Assembly: GCA_963704755.1 (NCBI GenBank)
Contig: OY969938.1
Coordinates: 660,001-692,000, forward strand
From: an uncultured Chloroflexia bacterium
GTDB taxonomy: Bacteria; Chloroflexota; Anaerolineae; Anaerolineales; Anaerolineaceae
Direction of reading: 5' to 3'
Length of the DNA: 32,000 bases
A program made the translations under genes and the position numbers. The notes under the pieces are model-generated. The model was not told the DNA's origin, did not search any database, and saw only the letters and a program-made list of their open reading frames with translations. Shown one piece after another: positions 13,973-24,573 of the stretch (position 1 is the first letter of the stretch; each line of letters starts with the position of its first letter).

Positions 13973-16951
13973 CTACACTTCCCCTGCGTTTACCACTACT
14001 GCAAATGGTACGTCCAAAGCTTCAAAATGTTTTTTACCGCAGCGGACTTTATCTGCCTCGCTGTTACGTAATTGCAAGAAATCACGTGTGCCCTTGGTTT
14101 CACGTATCAGATAAAGGGTCTGATCGCCTTCTTTGACGATGGCCCAATCGGGGTTGTACTTGCCAACCGGTGTATCGATCTGGAACCAACCAGGCAACTT
14201 AACAAACAGCTTGATATCTTCACGCTGATCTAGCTGGCGAGCAAACTCGCACTCCACTTCAGAATCATACACAACATACTCGTAGATGGACTTATCAACC
14301 TTCAGAGAATTGAGATAATTGACGATCTCTTCATTTTTGAAGAGCAGCATTTCCCATTCAGAATCAGGGTCGCTACCCGGTATTTTTTCATATTTGATGC
14401 CATCCACTAGTAAGCGGTGCAATTCATTATTGATAATATGTGCGGCAGTATCCATAAACCGCTGTGGATCGTTGAAAAACTCGTTCAGACGGCCAGATTC
14501 TTTGAGAATGCGTACCAGGGTGGAGCGCGTCAATTCAGTCTCGTTTTGAAGATAAGCCAGTACATCTGGCACGAGGTGGCTGCCATAGGTCATTTTTTCT
14601 TCTGCTACACTCATAGGCGTTGCAGTTACCCCGCCTTTTGCCACAACGACCTGCCCGGCAACCACATTGACTTTGGGAACTTCAATGGATTCCATCCGTT
14701 TCAATGCGGTCACAGCCTGGCGGACAAGGTCTTCTGTCTGGAACTCGACCCGATAAGTCGTTTTGGGTTTGATACGTTCCCAAAGAGCCTGAAATTCAGG
14801 GCTGAGTTCTATTTGTTTGCGTAAGTGATTGCCACCTTCATCTTTTTCTTTGCGGATATGACGTTCAATCTGATAGGAGGAGAGCAGATCAATTACCGCC
14901 GAGGCCAGGTCTTGATGCGCTGCCGGCAAATTGAGGCTGAAGCCTGCTTGGCGCGGATTAAACGCCGGCTGAATGCGTCCTTCGTTATCCAGCATTTTTT
15001 GGGCGACTAGTGCTGTACGAATTTCTTCTGCTGCAGGGCGCCCGATGGGTTGTTCCTGTCCATCCACTACACGGATTAGTTTCGCAATCGCAGTCAGGGG
15101 CACTTTGCCAAAGGTGACACCGCAATCTTCTTCATATTCTGTTTGCAAAGCGCTGGCAAATTCCTCGTAACTTTCGTTCGCCATTACATACAGCTTATTG
15201 ATGGAATCATCCCGCACACGGAAACCGCTTTGGTCTACCGGTAAGCGCAGACCACGCCCAATTTCCTGACGTTTTTTCATGGAACTGCGAGTTTCATTCA
15301 GGGTACAAATTTGGAAGACATTGGGGTTATCCCAACCTTCACGCAACGCTGAATGGCTGAAGATGAAACGTAAGGGTTCATCCATGGATAATAGACGTTC
15401 CTTTTCTTTCATAATCAGGTTGTAGACGTCATCATCGGCCTGGGTGTCACCGCGAGTATCCTTTAACACCCCTTTCTTATCCTGAGCAAAATAGCCGTTA
15501 TGGAGTTTCTCGACTGGCAGCTTCAGCCAATCCAACATCTGATATCGCGGTTCTTGAACCAATTCGGCCAATGCGGCTTCAAACGCCAGTGCAAACTTTC
15601 CTTTAATTGCGTGACCATCTGCATCATAATCGCGGTAATTGGCCACCCGATCCACAAAGAAGAGACTGAGTACCTTGATGCCGCGCTGCCGCACCAGCAG
15701 TTCATTTTCAAGATGGCGCTTGATCGTGTGTTTGATCTGTACGCGCCAGATATCCTCACGGATGCCACCGCTTTCTTCTCCCAGACGCAGCACCCGTCCA
15801 TTGTTGAAGCGGATATATTCATTACCGGGTTCAGCGTTTATCTCTGCTATTGAGAAACCATCCTGATAAACAGCCCGTTCGTTAGAAAGTTCATAGAGAT
15901 CTGCACCATTCTTTACGGTAATAGGTTTTTCCTTAGGACCGTCTGGTGTCTGCATGTGGATGCGCAGTTTGGCCTTGATACCATTTTTATATTCCACCTG
16001 TTCGACACGCACAAAGGCATCATTCGCATTCCCGCTGCCGCTGGCACTGGCAACAACAATCTGTTTGACCAGTTTCAATTCAAAAGCGCGTACGGGATCC
16101 AGGCGGTAAACCAGGTTATATGGATTGCGATGAGTGGCTGAGTAACGTAAGGTACATAACGGGTTAAGCGCTTTAATGGCTTCCTGGGCTTTATCGGTAT
16201 TATCCACACTCTGGGGTTCGTCAATAATGACAATAGGGCGGGCAGCCTGGACAAACTCAATAGGTTGACGGCCAGACAGTTTGTCGCTCTCCTTGTAGAT
16301 TACGTTGCTCTTTTGTTCAGCCTCAGTACCAGTAAAATTCTTTCGGAAAGCGTCGATATTAATCACCAGGATCTGCAATGTGTTGCTGACTGCAAACTGG
16401 CGCAGGCGGTTGATTTTGCGGGCATCATAGACGAAATGCTCAAATGACAGGTTGTTATAGAGAGCGCGGAAATGGTCTTTGGTAATTTCGATATTCTTCA
16501 GCACCCCTTCACGGATGGCAACGCTGGGGACGACAATAATAAATTTTTGAAATCCATAACGCTGTGAAAGTTCAAAGATCGTGCGCAAATAGACGTACGT
16601 TTTACCAGTGCCGGTCTCCATCTCCACTGAAAAATGAGGACAGAGCCGGGTGGTATTGGCAGGAACATCGAATAGTTCCCAGGCTTCCAGGGGAGCAGCT
16701 TCGTCTGCAACTTCTATATCATTCAGAGTTTGGATTTTGCGAGTATTGGTGTGAAGTTTTTCTTCTGACAACAATAGATGATTGCCAACTCCCAGCTCGG
16801 TGCGCGCCTGGCCGACCAGTAGGCCACCGTAATCGCCTACGTTGATGACGCTATATTCTGGAGTACCCTGCGACTGACCATCGAAAAGGTCAGTGATAGC
16901 TGCTACGGCATCGAGCTGAAACTGCTGGTTGGGGTCAAATTGAAGCTTCAT
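13973..16951 (-). CDS. res: Type III restriction enzyme Res subunit (SF2 helicase plus C-terminal PD-(D/E)xK nuclease)
   Basis: 992 aa. The typical N-terminus is MKLQFDPNQQFQLDAVAAITDLFDGQ. Motifs: Walker A METGTGKTYVY, motif II VIIDEPQ, and C-terminal nuclease YNPDWAIV...LIRETKGT. The start overlaps the rhuM stop (ATGA). Confidence 0.9.
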   Translation of the reverse strand: MKLQFDPNQQFQLDAVAAITDLFDGQSQGTPEYSVINVGDYGGLLVGQARTELGVGNHLLLSEEKLHTNTRKIQTLNDIEVADEAAPLEAWELFDVPANTTRLCPHFSVEMETGTGKTYVYLRTIFELSQRYGFQKFIIVVPSVAIREGVLKNIEITKDHFRALYNNLSFEHFVYDARKINRLRQFAVSNTLQILVINIDAFRKNFTGTEAEQKSNVIYKESDKLSGRQPIEFVQAARPIVIIDEPQSVDNTDKAQEAIKALNPLCTLRYSATHRNPYNLVYRLDPVRAFELKLVKQIVVASASGSGNANDAFVRVEQVEYKNGIKAKLRIHMQTPDGPKEKPITVKNGADLYELSNERAVYQDGFSIAEINAEPGNEYIRFNNGRVLRLGEESGGIREDIWRVQIKHTIKRHLENELLVRQRGIKVLSLFFVDRVANYRDYDADGHAIKGKFALAFEAALAELVQEPRYQMLDWLKLPVEKLHNGYFAQDKKGVLKDTRGDTQADDDVYNLIMKEKERLLSMDEPLRFIFSHSALREGWDNPNVFQICTLNETRSSMKKRQEIGRGLRLPVDQSGFRVRDDSINKLYVMANESYEEFASALQTEYEEDCGVTFGKVPLTAIAKLIRVVDGQEQPIGRPAAEEIRTALVAQKMLDNEGRIQPAFNPRQAGFSLNLPAAHQDLASAVIDLLSSYQIERHIRKEKDEGGNHLRKQIELSPEFQALWERIKPKTTYRVEFQTEDLVRQAVTALKRMESIEVPKVNVVAGQVVVAKGGVTATPMSVAEEKMTYGSHLVPDVLAYLQNETELTRSTLVRILKESGRLNEFFNDPQRFMDTAAHIINNELHRLLVDGIKYEKIPGSDPDSEWEMLLFKNEEIVNYLNSLKVDKSIYEYVVYDSEVECEFARQLDQREDIKLFVKLPGWFQIDTPVGKYNPDWAIVKEGDQTLYLIRETKGTRDFLQLRNSEADKVRCGKKHFEALDVPFAVVVNAGEV

Positions 16952-17982
16952 TGTTTCTTCTTTCCCGTGAGTCGCTTCGTTTCTTTTTCGAAATCGCCCT
17001 CGAAGTTATGATCCTGCTCGACACGGAAGCGTTCATATTCATCCTGAGCCAAATGGGCAGCCACTTCGTGTGAGACTCTGCCGGGATCGTGCAATATATC
17101 ATACTCATTGAACTTGAGAAATGCATCGAGTTTCTCTACCCAATCTTGCATGCGCATGGGAATTTGACGCTCGGCTTGAAGATCAGCATAATCAAGGTAC
17201 ATGGTGACGATACGTTCCAGTTCCTTAATCTCTTTTTCATTCAAGTAATTCTTGGCGACAACGACATCTGATTTGAGAATCTTGCCGTGTGGGGCGTTCT
17301 TCCAGGTGGTCAGACCCATATTGGGCAGTGAGGCTTTGGCGCGAGAAGCAATGATCTCGGCAGCAGTTTGACCCGTGATAGCCCAGTGCAGCTTATTCTG
17401 CACGGTCTGGAAGAATGTCTTGGTTATTTCAGCAGTAGGGGAGTAATCAATGCTGCACTGTTCGTAAATATCAGTGATCTTTAAATAGAAACGGCGTTCA
17501 CTGGCACGGATCTCGCGAATCCGTTCGAGCAGTTCATCGAAATAATCTGGTCCGAGGCGTTTATTTAACTTAAGACGTTCGTCATCCAGCACAAAGCCTT
17601 TGACAATAAACTCGCGCAAGGTTTGTGTGGCCCAAATGCGGAATTGGGTTGCGCGCAAGCTGTTGACACGATAACCGACGGCAATGATCGCATCTAAATG
17701 GTAAAAATTCGTCAGATAACTTTTTCCGTCCGCTGCAGTATTCCGGAATTTCCGGATAACTGAATTCTCTTGCAGCTCTCCGCTAGAGAAAACTCTCTGC
17801 AAATGTTCACTCACTGTTCTTACATCCACATCAAACAGTTCGGCAATCTGTTTTTGGGTCAACCATAAGGTTTCATCCTGAAATAAAACCTCAACCCGGA
17901 TATCCCCTGAAGCAGTCGAATATAGGATGATTTCCCCTTTTGAAGGAGAGGCTCCAGAAGAATGATCAACTTTTTCAGTCAT
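16948..17982 (-). CDS. rhuM: RhuM-family protein
   Basis: IRKFRNTAADGKSYLTNFYHLDAIIAVGYRVNSLRATQFRIWATQTLREFIVKGFVLDDERLK is the RhuM signature. I place the start at Met41 of track ORF 16948..18102 (ATG at 17982 preceded by GGAG). The longer start would overlap the mod C-terminus. Confidence 0.85.
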   Translation of the reverse strand: MTEKVDHSSGASPSKGEIILYSTASGDIRVEVLFQDETLWLTQKQIAELFDVDVRTVSEHLQRVFSSGELQENSVIRKFRNTAADGKSYLTNFYHLDAIIAVGYRVNSLRATQFRIWATQTLREFIVKGFVLDDERLKLNKRLGPDYFDELLERIREIRASERRFYLKITDIYEQCSIDYSPTAEITKTFFQTVQNKLHWAITGQTAAEIIASRAKASLPNMGLTTWKNAPHGKILKSDVVVAKNYLNEKEIKELERIVTMYLDYADLQAERQIPMRMQDWVEKLDAFLKFNEYDILHDPGRVSHEVAAHLAQDEYERFRVEQDHNFEGDFEKETKRLTGKKKQ

Positions 17983-17998
17983 TGATGCTCCTTCAAAA

Positions 17999-19880
17999 TC
18001 ACACCGTCTTGAAACTGGGAACGCCCTGAGTCTTAAAAATTTCAACAGCGTTCGTCTTGAGCTGATCGTTGCCGGCAAAACCAGCGTCCAGACAGACCAC
18101 ACGTTCAGGTTTCAGGGCGGCCATGGCACGGATCACTTCTATGGTCAGATCAGGCTCCAGACAAATCAGAAGTTCTCCGCCGGCCACGCTGAAGACCTGT
18201 TTGCCGGCCAGAGTCTAGAGGTTCATTAGGAGTAGTGAGCGGGAAACCGCTCTTGAGGAGGAGCTCATAGAGAATGTCGGCCTGGCTGCGTCCTTCGCGA
18301 ATATGTTCGATGTGTAGCTCAAGCTGCTTTTCGAGAGCGGCGGTATCTTTGGGCGTGTTGGCATTCCAAGGTTTGAAGTTGGATTCCGCCAGTTTATAGA
18401 CACGGAAACCTCGATCCTGCGGAGCGTCAAGAGGAAGTTGCCCGGCTTCCGCATCGTTGAGCTTTTTGATCACTCGGCGAACACGCTCTTTGGTAATCTC
18501 GGCAATAGTAGAAAATCCAGCTTTACCTGCTTCTGAAGTTTTTTCGCAAGGTTCTGGAAGTTGAATGATAATAAACTTTCTATTACCATTATCTGCTTTA
18601 TTTAATTCAAGAACTGCTTGACCTGTTGAGCCTGAACCTGCAAAAAAATCAAGTATTAAGTCTTCATTGGAAGAAACCATCTTCATCATTCTGATAATTA
18701 ATGATGGTGGTTTTGGATATGTGAATACATCTTTCCCAATTAATGAATCCAATACTTTAGTTCCATCATCAATAGTCCCAGTCTCTTTGTGTGTCCATAA
18801 GTTTATTGGAACAACTCCATCATTTAATTCGGATAAAAACCTTTTTAGCCTAGGATATTGATTATTATTTTCTTGTCCCCAAAATAATCTTCCTTCAGAT
18901 TGATGAATTTTATATTGTTCAAAGCTATATTTCCAAGCATTTGTTGGATGGTCGATCTTTTTACTGTTAAATGGATTGGTAATTGTATATGATAAGTTTG
19001 GTCGTTCATCTTTTGTTCTTTGACTTATATAAGAGACACTTGTCCAAGGACCCCTTGGATCATTATCGGGGTTTGAATATATTGAATCAGTTTTTTCATT
19101 TCTGGGTTCTCGTAGTATATCAAGAGAATCACTCTTTCGATATTCTAAAACATGATCAATTACTGAGGAAATTAATTTTGCATCATTATTCCTTGTAAAC
19201 CGTTTCTCCCAAACAATATCAGCTATAAAATTTTCTTCTCCAAAGATTTCATCGCATAATTTTCGCAAATTAGCGACTTCGCAATCGTCAATAGAAATGA
19301 AGATTACCCCGTCTTCACGCAATAAATTGTGAGCCAGATACAGGCGCGGATACATCATATTCAGCCAACGTGAATGAAAGCGACCGTCCGTATCGCTATT
19401 AGTGCCAAATTTCTTCCCTTCAGTATCTGACTGACCTGTATATTCGAGATAGGTCTGCAAGCTCTCGCTGTAGTTATCGGGATAGATAAAATTATTACCG
19501 GTGTTATATGGAGGATCGATGTAGATCATCTTGACTTTGCCCAAATACGACTTTTGCAGCAGTTTAAGTACTTCGAGGTTATCGCCTTCAATAATCAGGT
19601 TCTCGGTTGTGTCAAAATTGATGCTCTCTTCGGGGCAGGGCAACAACGTGCCGGTACTGGGCGTCTGAATGGCGCGGAAGCAATCCGCTTTACCGGGCCA
19701 ATTCATGCCATAGCGCTCTTTGCCCACGTCTACCGTCTCACCCAGGGCCAGCTTGAGGCGGTCAAAATCAATCTTGCCATCCTCGGTGCGTGCTTCAGGG
19801 AAGAGGTCGAGCAATTCCTGCCGTTTTTCGGCAGAGATATTCAGCGAATTCAGGTCCAGTTTTTCAGGTTGATCGGTCAT
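17999..19880 (-). pseudogene. mod: Type III R-M methyltransferase Mod (beta-class N6-adenine), with the reading frame broken ~70 codons before the natural end
   Basis: Motif IV IYIDPPYNTGN precedes motif I LDFFAGSGSTGQAV. The main frame (18150..19880) ends in ...GFPLTTPNEPLDSGRQTGLQRGRRRTSDLSGA. A different frame reads TLAGKQVFSVAGGELLICLEPDLTIEVIRAMAALKPERVVCLDAGFAGNDQLKTNAVEIFKTQGVPSFKTV (18214..17999), which looks like a normal Mod C-terminus. That second frame is closed upstream by a TAG at 18217..18215. Confidence 0.7.
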
Positions 19881-19926
19881 GAAGGAGAATCTCCAATTTT
19901 CAGAAAAATATAAAGAATAAATGCCC

Positions 19927-20865
19927 TTATTCTTTTAATAATTGCTCAATACCCAGACCAATGGTCCATTCAATACCATTTTCATGTGAGCTGATAGTTA
20001 ATGGAAATGTTTGTTCGTACTGATTTGAATAAATGTCATTATAACTTATCAAGAATTTGTATTCTCCGAGAATTTTTTCTTTTTCTTCATCTTTTACATT
20101 AACTAAAAAATTAAGCTTTTTTTGATCTTTTGACGTCAATGAAAAAACTGTCTTCAAATGTGAAAGCTCATGATTTGTTGATGATTCAAGGGAAACTAAT
20201 AAATTAATTGCCCTTTCTTTTCCAACGTTGATGAACCAAAACGGGCGTAGAAAGGTAACGTTTGGCACCATGAGATAATGTAAATTACCAATTATTTCAT
20301 CTTCGTGGCCATTATTTTTAACCAAACGCATTTCTTCATCTGAAAGGCTACCGGGTCGGATTTCAATTTGTGAGCTAAACAAGACGGTAATTTCTGTGAT
20401 ATCAAATTCTTCATAAAATGGTTTTAATTCGTCTACATAGATTTGTTTTTCCTCTTTTTTTTCTTCTAGATTACCTAGCAGTAAAGCTGCCTGGCTAGTT
20501 TGTCTTGTATTTCTAGGTTGAAGAAGAATCAAAGGCAGTACATCTAATTTTCTTTGTCGTTGTTGTTCCAGATTGGTTTGCTCATAATGACGTTCGGTTT
20601 GTGTTACTGTCCACCAAACTGCAAAGAAAGTTGCAATTCCACCAAAATAAGATCCCCAGAATGTTAACCATTCGGAATTTCCTAAACCAAATGCATTGAT
20701 ATTAATTTTTGCTATTTGAAAAATCCAATTACCAAGTTTTAACCCACCATTAATAAAAATAAAAGGAACGAACACAATTAGGAAGAAAATGATGATCAAA
20801 GCCTTTTTCGTAGTAGATTGTTTGTTCCAAAAACCTCTGTCATTATTATCTGTCTTTTTGTTCAT
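19927..20865 (-). CDS. Hypothetical protein with two N-terminal transmembrane segments (312 aa)
   Basis: TM segments: ALIIIFFLIVFVPFIFINGG and WLTFWGSYFGGIATFFAVWWTV, followed by a ~210-aa soluble domain with no recognised motif. The ATG overlaps the SNF2 stop (ATGA at 20862..20865). Confidence 0.7.
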   Translation of the reverse strand: MNKKTDNNDRGFWNKQSTTKKALIIIFFLIVFVPFIFINGGLKLGNWIFQIAKININAFGLGNSEWLTFWGSYFGGIATFFAVWWTVTQTERHYEQTNLEQQRQRKLDVLPLILLQPRNTRQTSQAALLLGNLEEKKEEKQIYVDELKPFYEEFDITEITVLFSSQIEIRPGSLSDEEMRLVKNNGHEDEIIGNLHYLMVPNVTFLRPFWFINVGKERAINLLVSLESSTNHELSHLKTVFSLTSKDQKKLNFLVNVKDEEKEKILGEYKFLISYNDIYSNQYEQTFPLTISSHENGIEWTIGLGIEQLLKE

Positions 20866-23755
20866 TGAATTCTCCAGCGGATGATGAAAAGATTCTCTTG
20901 ATTAGTTAATTGTTTTAACCTGTGGCTGATTTCATCCAAAAGAGCCTCTTTTTGACGATCTAATTCCCGGCTGGCTTCATCATAATTGTGCCAGGCTGTA
21001 TCTCGTTTTGCCTCCAGCTTTCGCAGCTCTCTCTGGCGTTCGAGCTTCTCAGGTAAATTGGGGGCGTTGCGGGCTGCTTTACGGGTTTCTTTTACTGAAT
21101 CATCTAGTTCTTCAAGTTCTACTTTCAGAGAGGCACGTCGATCTTCAGCCCAATGATCCAGTTTGTCCATTTCAACATCAAACCAGTTCGCATTTCGAGA
21201 GGTCATTTCTTCAAGTAATGCGTGCTGCTGATCTAGTTGTAAGGCTTGAAGCTTTGCGAAGGCTGTTGCTGGGATTTCTATGCTTGATGCATCGCGCTGC
21301 CGGCCGGATAAATCAAACAAACGCTGGCACTGAGTAGTGTCCAAGGGAGTACCATCTTCGACAAACCCTGCCAGCAAAAGGTGGTCTTCTGTCTCCAGGG
21401 CAGTTACCGAGAAGTGTGCACAGTTTATCAAGCCGCTTTTACCAACCAAAGGTTCGAGCGCAGCAATGTGCTTGCCACTTGAGGTGTAATCAAATATCAC
21501 CTCTGTGCATGGTGTAGGAAATATTTTGGCTCGATCAAGGATACGCTGAGCCAAGGGATGGCCGACGCGATAGGTGTTTGCCCCATTTATTTGTGCTCCC
21601 ATCCGATAAGGCCCAGGAAAAATATCTTCTCCGGAAAAGGGGTTGCGTTTGAGTAGAAAACTATAGCCAGTTTCATCAAAGGCTGCATCTTCAGCAAGTA
21701 CATAACGTGTTACTTGCCATAATTCCTGATTGAATCGGTCAAGGAAATCGTGGCTTTGGATACGGACTTTTTCGACCACTTCTTGATCAAAATTATCGAG
21801 GAGTTTCTCCCGCGCATCCTGTTCCCCGGCAGAAATATCTGCTTCCAATTCATGTTGTAACTGATCAAATTCAAACTGAATTTGTTCCAAGGTACGGCAC
21901 TGCTGATAAATTGCTGCAATTCTTTTTTCAAAATCAACGCCAAATTCAACGGACCCCAAGAATCTCGTCGCTTGCGCCAAATACCCCGTCAAATAAGCGG
22001 AACTTCTGATCCAACAACTCATAAACACGTTGATCAGCTGCGTTGCTCTTGTTTAGGAAATTTACAACAACTACATCAAACTTTTGGCCATAGCGGTGAC
22101 AACGTCCGATGCGTTGTTCGATACGCTGAGGGTTCCAAGGTAAATCATAATTGACCACTAGGTTGCAAAATTGCAAATTAATTCCCTCGGCGGCCGCTTC
22201 CGTGGCGATCAATATCGATGCATTATCCCGGAAGTATTCCACCAACGCTGCACGCATATCAGCGCTGGGTGATCCGCTGATCTTGTCAGTGTGGGCATAC
22301 TTTTCCAACCAATGCCGGTAAATTTCTTTTGATTTAGGATCAGTGTTGGTGCCATTGAACATCATTACTTTGCCGGCAAACTCCGTCTGTTCTAAAACAT
22401 GAAACAGATAATCCTGAGTACGCCGGGATTCAGTAAAGATAACTGCTTTTTGCTGAAGTGTGGCTGCTCCCTGATTTTTTTGAGCCTCAGTAGCTGCCGC
22501 GAAGCCACGGCGAAGCGCGGTAAGAAGTACCTCTCCCTTTGAGTTTTTGATGATGGATTTGGCTAAATTATAAAATCCGCGTAATTGAGAAATTTCACGA
22601 CGCACATCAATCAATTCTTCTGGCGTCAATTTTTTGAGATCGGTTTTCCCTGATTCTTCTTCTTCACCCTCCCACTCATCAGCTAATTCTTCCAGCTCTT
22701 CCCAATTCTCTGGTAAGTCTTTTGGAAGGGTTTCGACAGGTTCTGAGGCTGCTGCTGCCGATTCAAGCCGCTGAGCCAGACTATCCAGGGTACCGGAGAT
22801 TGCATAAGTGGATGATGCTAATAATTTTCGAAGGATGAGGGTTACTAACTGACGTTGGCTGGCAGGTAGAGCATAAAGCTTGGGTTGTTGTAAATAACTA
22901 GAAACCAAATCGTACAATTGCTGTTCTTCTGGCGTGGGTATAAATTCTTGAACCAGAGCGTGGCGGTTGGTATATTTTACATATTCGAGCACCTGCCGGC
23001 GTAAGGTACGCTTGCATATTGGTTTGAGCCTTTCCTTTAGCTCACTAAAATCCTCGTCGTCGCTCAACCGAGTGAAGCGGCTCTTGTAACTCTTGAAATC
23101 GCCAAAAGCATAATCATCAATAATGCTCACTAATCCATATAATTCCAATAAGGAATTTTGAAGAGGCGTGGCAGTTAATAAAACTTTTGGAAATGGCGCT
23201 ACTGCCTGTTTAATTGCATTGGCAATCTTGCTGGATGGCTTGTACACATTTCGTAATCGGTGTGCTTCATCGATCACAACCAGCGACCAAGGAGTTTGTC
23301 GAATGTAAGACTCTTTAGCCCGGGCAAATTGGTACGAACATAGAATGATAGCATCTTGTTGGAAAGGATTTAGATTTCCACTGCGAATGAAATCATTAAA
23401 AAGTACAATTTTCTAGAATTATCGAGGGAAGAAAAAATTTATCGGCCAGCTCCTGGCTCCATTGTTTACGCAAGTTAGCTGGCACAATCACCAATAATCG
23501 TCTATTACGCTCCGCCCACTTTTGTGAAAGTAACAATCCAGCTTCAATTGTTTTTCCCAACCCAACTTCATCTGCCAAAATAGCGCCCCGTGAAAAAGGG
23601 CTGCGAAACGCAAAAAGAGCTGCTTCTATCTGATGGGGATTTAAATCCACTTGCGCATCTGCCAGTACTGAGGCAAGCTTTTCAACACTGTCAGATGGAC
23701 AGCGTTTGGTCAATTCGTAAGCGAAGTATTTGGCGTGATAAGAAGTGATTTGCAT
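20862..23755 (-). pseudogene. SNF2-family helicase (~960-1000 aa if intact), split into three ORFs by two frameshifts
   Basis: Pieces: 23396..23755 (motif I ILADEVGLGKTIEAG), 21946..23412 (VVIDEAHRLRN, LLTATPLQNSL, QRIGRCHRYGQK) and 20862..21957 (coiled-coil C-terminus). Junction 1 lies within 23399..23412: ...LPSIILENCTF* versus KIVLFNDFIRSG in the next frame. Junction 2 is at the C4 run 21954..21957: ...SDEILGVR* versus ...FLGSVEFGVDFEKRI. Confidence 0.8.
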
Positions 23756-23806
23756 AATTGAAGTTTTTAGTTTCCAAGCTGAACATTACTTGATAATTGT
23801 TTTCGA

Positions 23807-24016
23807 TCAATGGATTGGTTCTTTTTCAGATACTTTCTGGAAATATTCTTTATCTTTGATCCATTCCATAATAGATTTACGTCTGAATCTCCAATGTTTC
23901 CCCACCTTGAACCCGGGAATGGCTTTATCTTGAGCAAGTTTGTATATTGTTGATAGTGGGATACGTAGGTATTCTGAAACTTCTTCAGCCTTCCAAAACT
24001 CATCTGTATCAGCCAT
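23807..24016 (-). CDS. Excisionase-family (MerR-like) HTH DNA-binding protein
   Basis: WKAEEVSEYLRIPLSTIYKLAQDKAIPGFKVGKHWRFRRKSIMEWI is the excisionase/HTH_17 pattern. It lies 51 nt upstream of the SNF2 gene on the same strand. Confidence 0.8.
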   Translation of the reverse strand: MADTDEFWKAEEVSEYLRIPLSTIYKLAQDKAIPGFKVGKHWRFRRKSIMEWIKDKEYFQKVSEKEPIH

Positions 24017-24573
24017 TACCCACCTCGTTTATCCGTAATTATTCCAGATGCTCCAATTATTATAGCAAAGATAACAAAATCGGATATTCAAAATTTAGAA
24101 GTGGAAGAGGATCAGAGATAGGATTTTCCTACCAGTCTTATTACCGATATTAGTTCTATAGCAATATATTGGCGTAATTGATAAGTAATTGCAATATAAA
24201 TGATTGTATCTCCTTCAAATTTTCTCGTTTTGAAAGAATACAAACTAAAACTTTCAAAATTAATTGATCTTTGAAATGAACACCCCTAATATTTTCAAAG
24301 TTACCCCTCTAGGATTGCCTAATTTCGCTATGTACAATAAGACCAAGTGATCAATACAGATTGATCGTCGCTGAAATCGTTTGGACATTCTTAGAATCGT
24401 TGGAGCGACCTGGCCAATATTCTTGGCAGGTCGTTTTGTTTTCCAGAGCAGAGAGGAGGTGGTCGAGGAAATTATCGATGGAAAGATGAAAAACATACGC
24501 CAGCCACGCCAATTCCTTAAGGGTTTGGCATGGCTGGCGGGTCTCAACCACTCATTTTTGAAAGGATCATTGA

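Noticed and set aside
17983-18102. Long start (18102) for the RhuM-family ORF
   Set aside because: The extra 40 codons overlap the native-looking C-terminus of mod in another frame and look non-protein-like. The ATG at 17982 has a GGAG upstream.
18150-23412. Phase variation as the explanation for the mod and SNF2 frame breaks
   Set aside because: The tracts involved are only 4-5 nt (SNF2) or not repetitive at all (mod). That is far shorter than the simple-sequence repeats that drive phase-variable type III mod genes.
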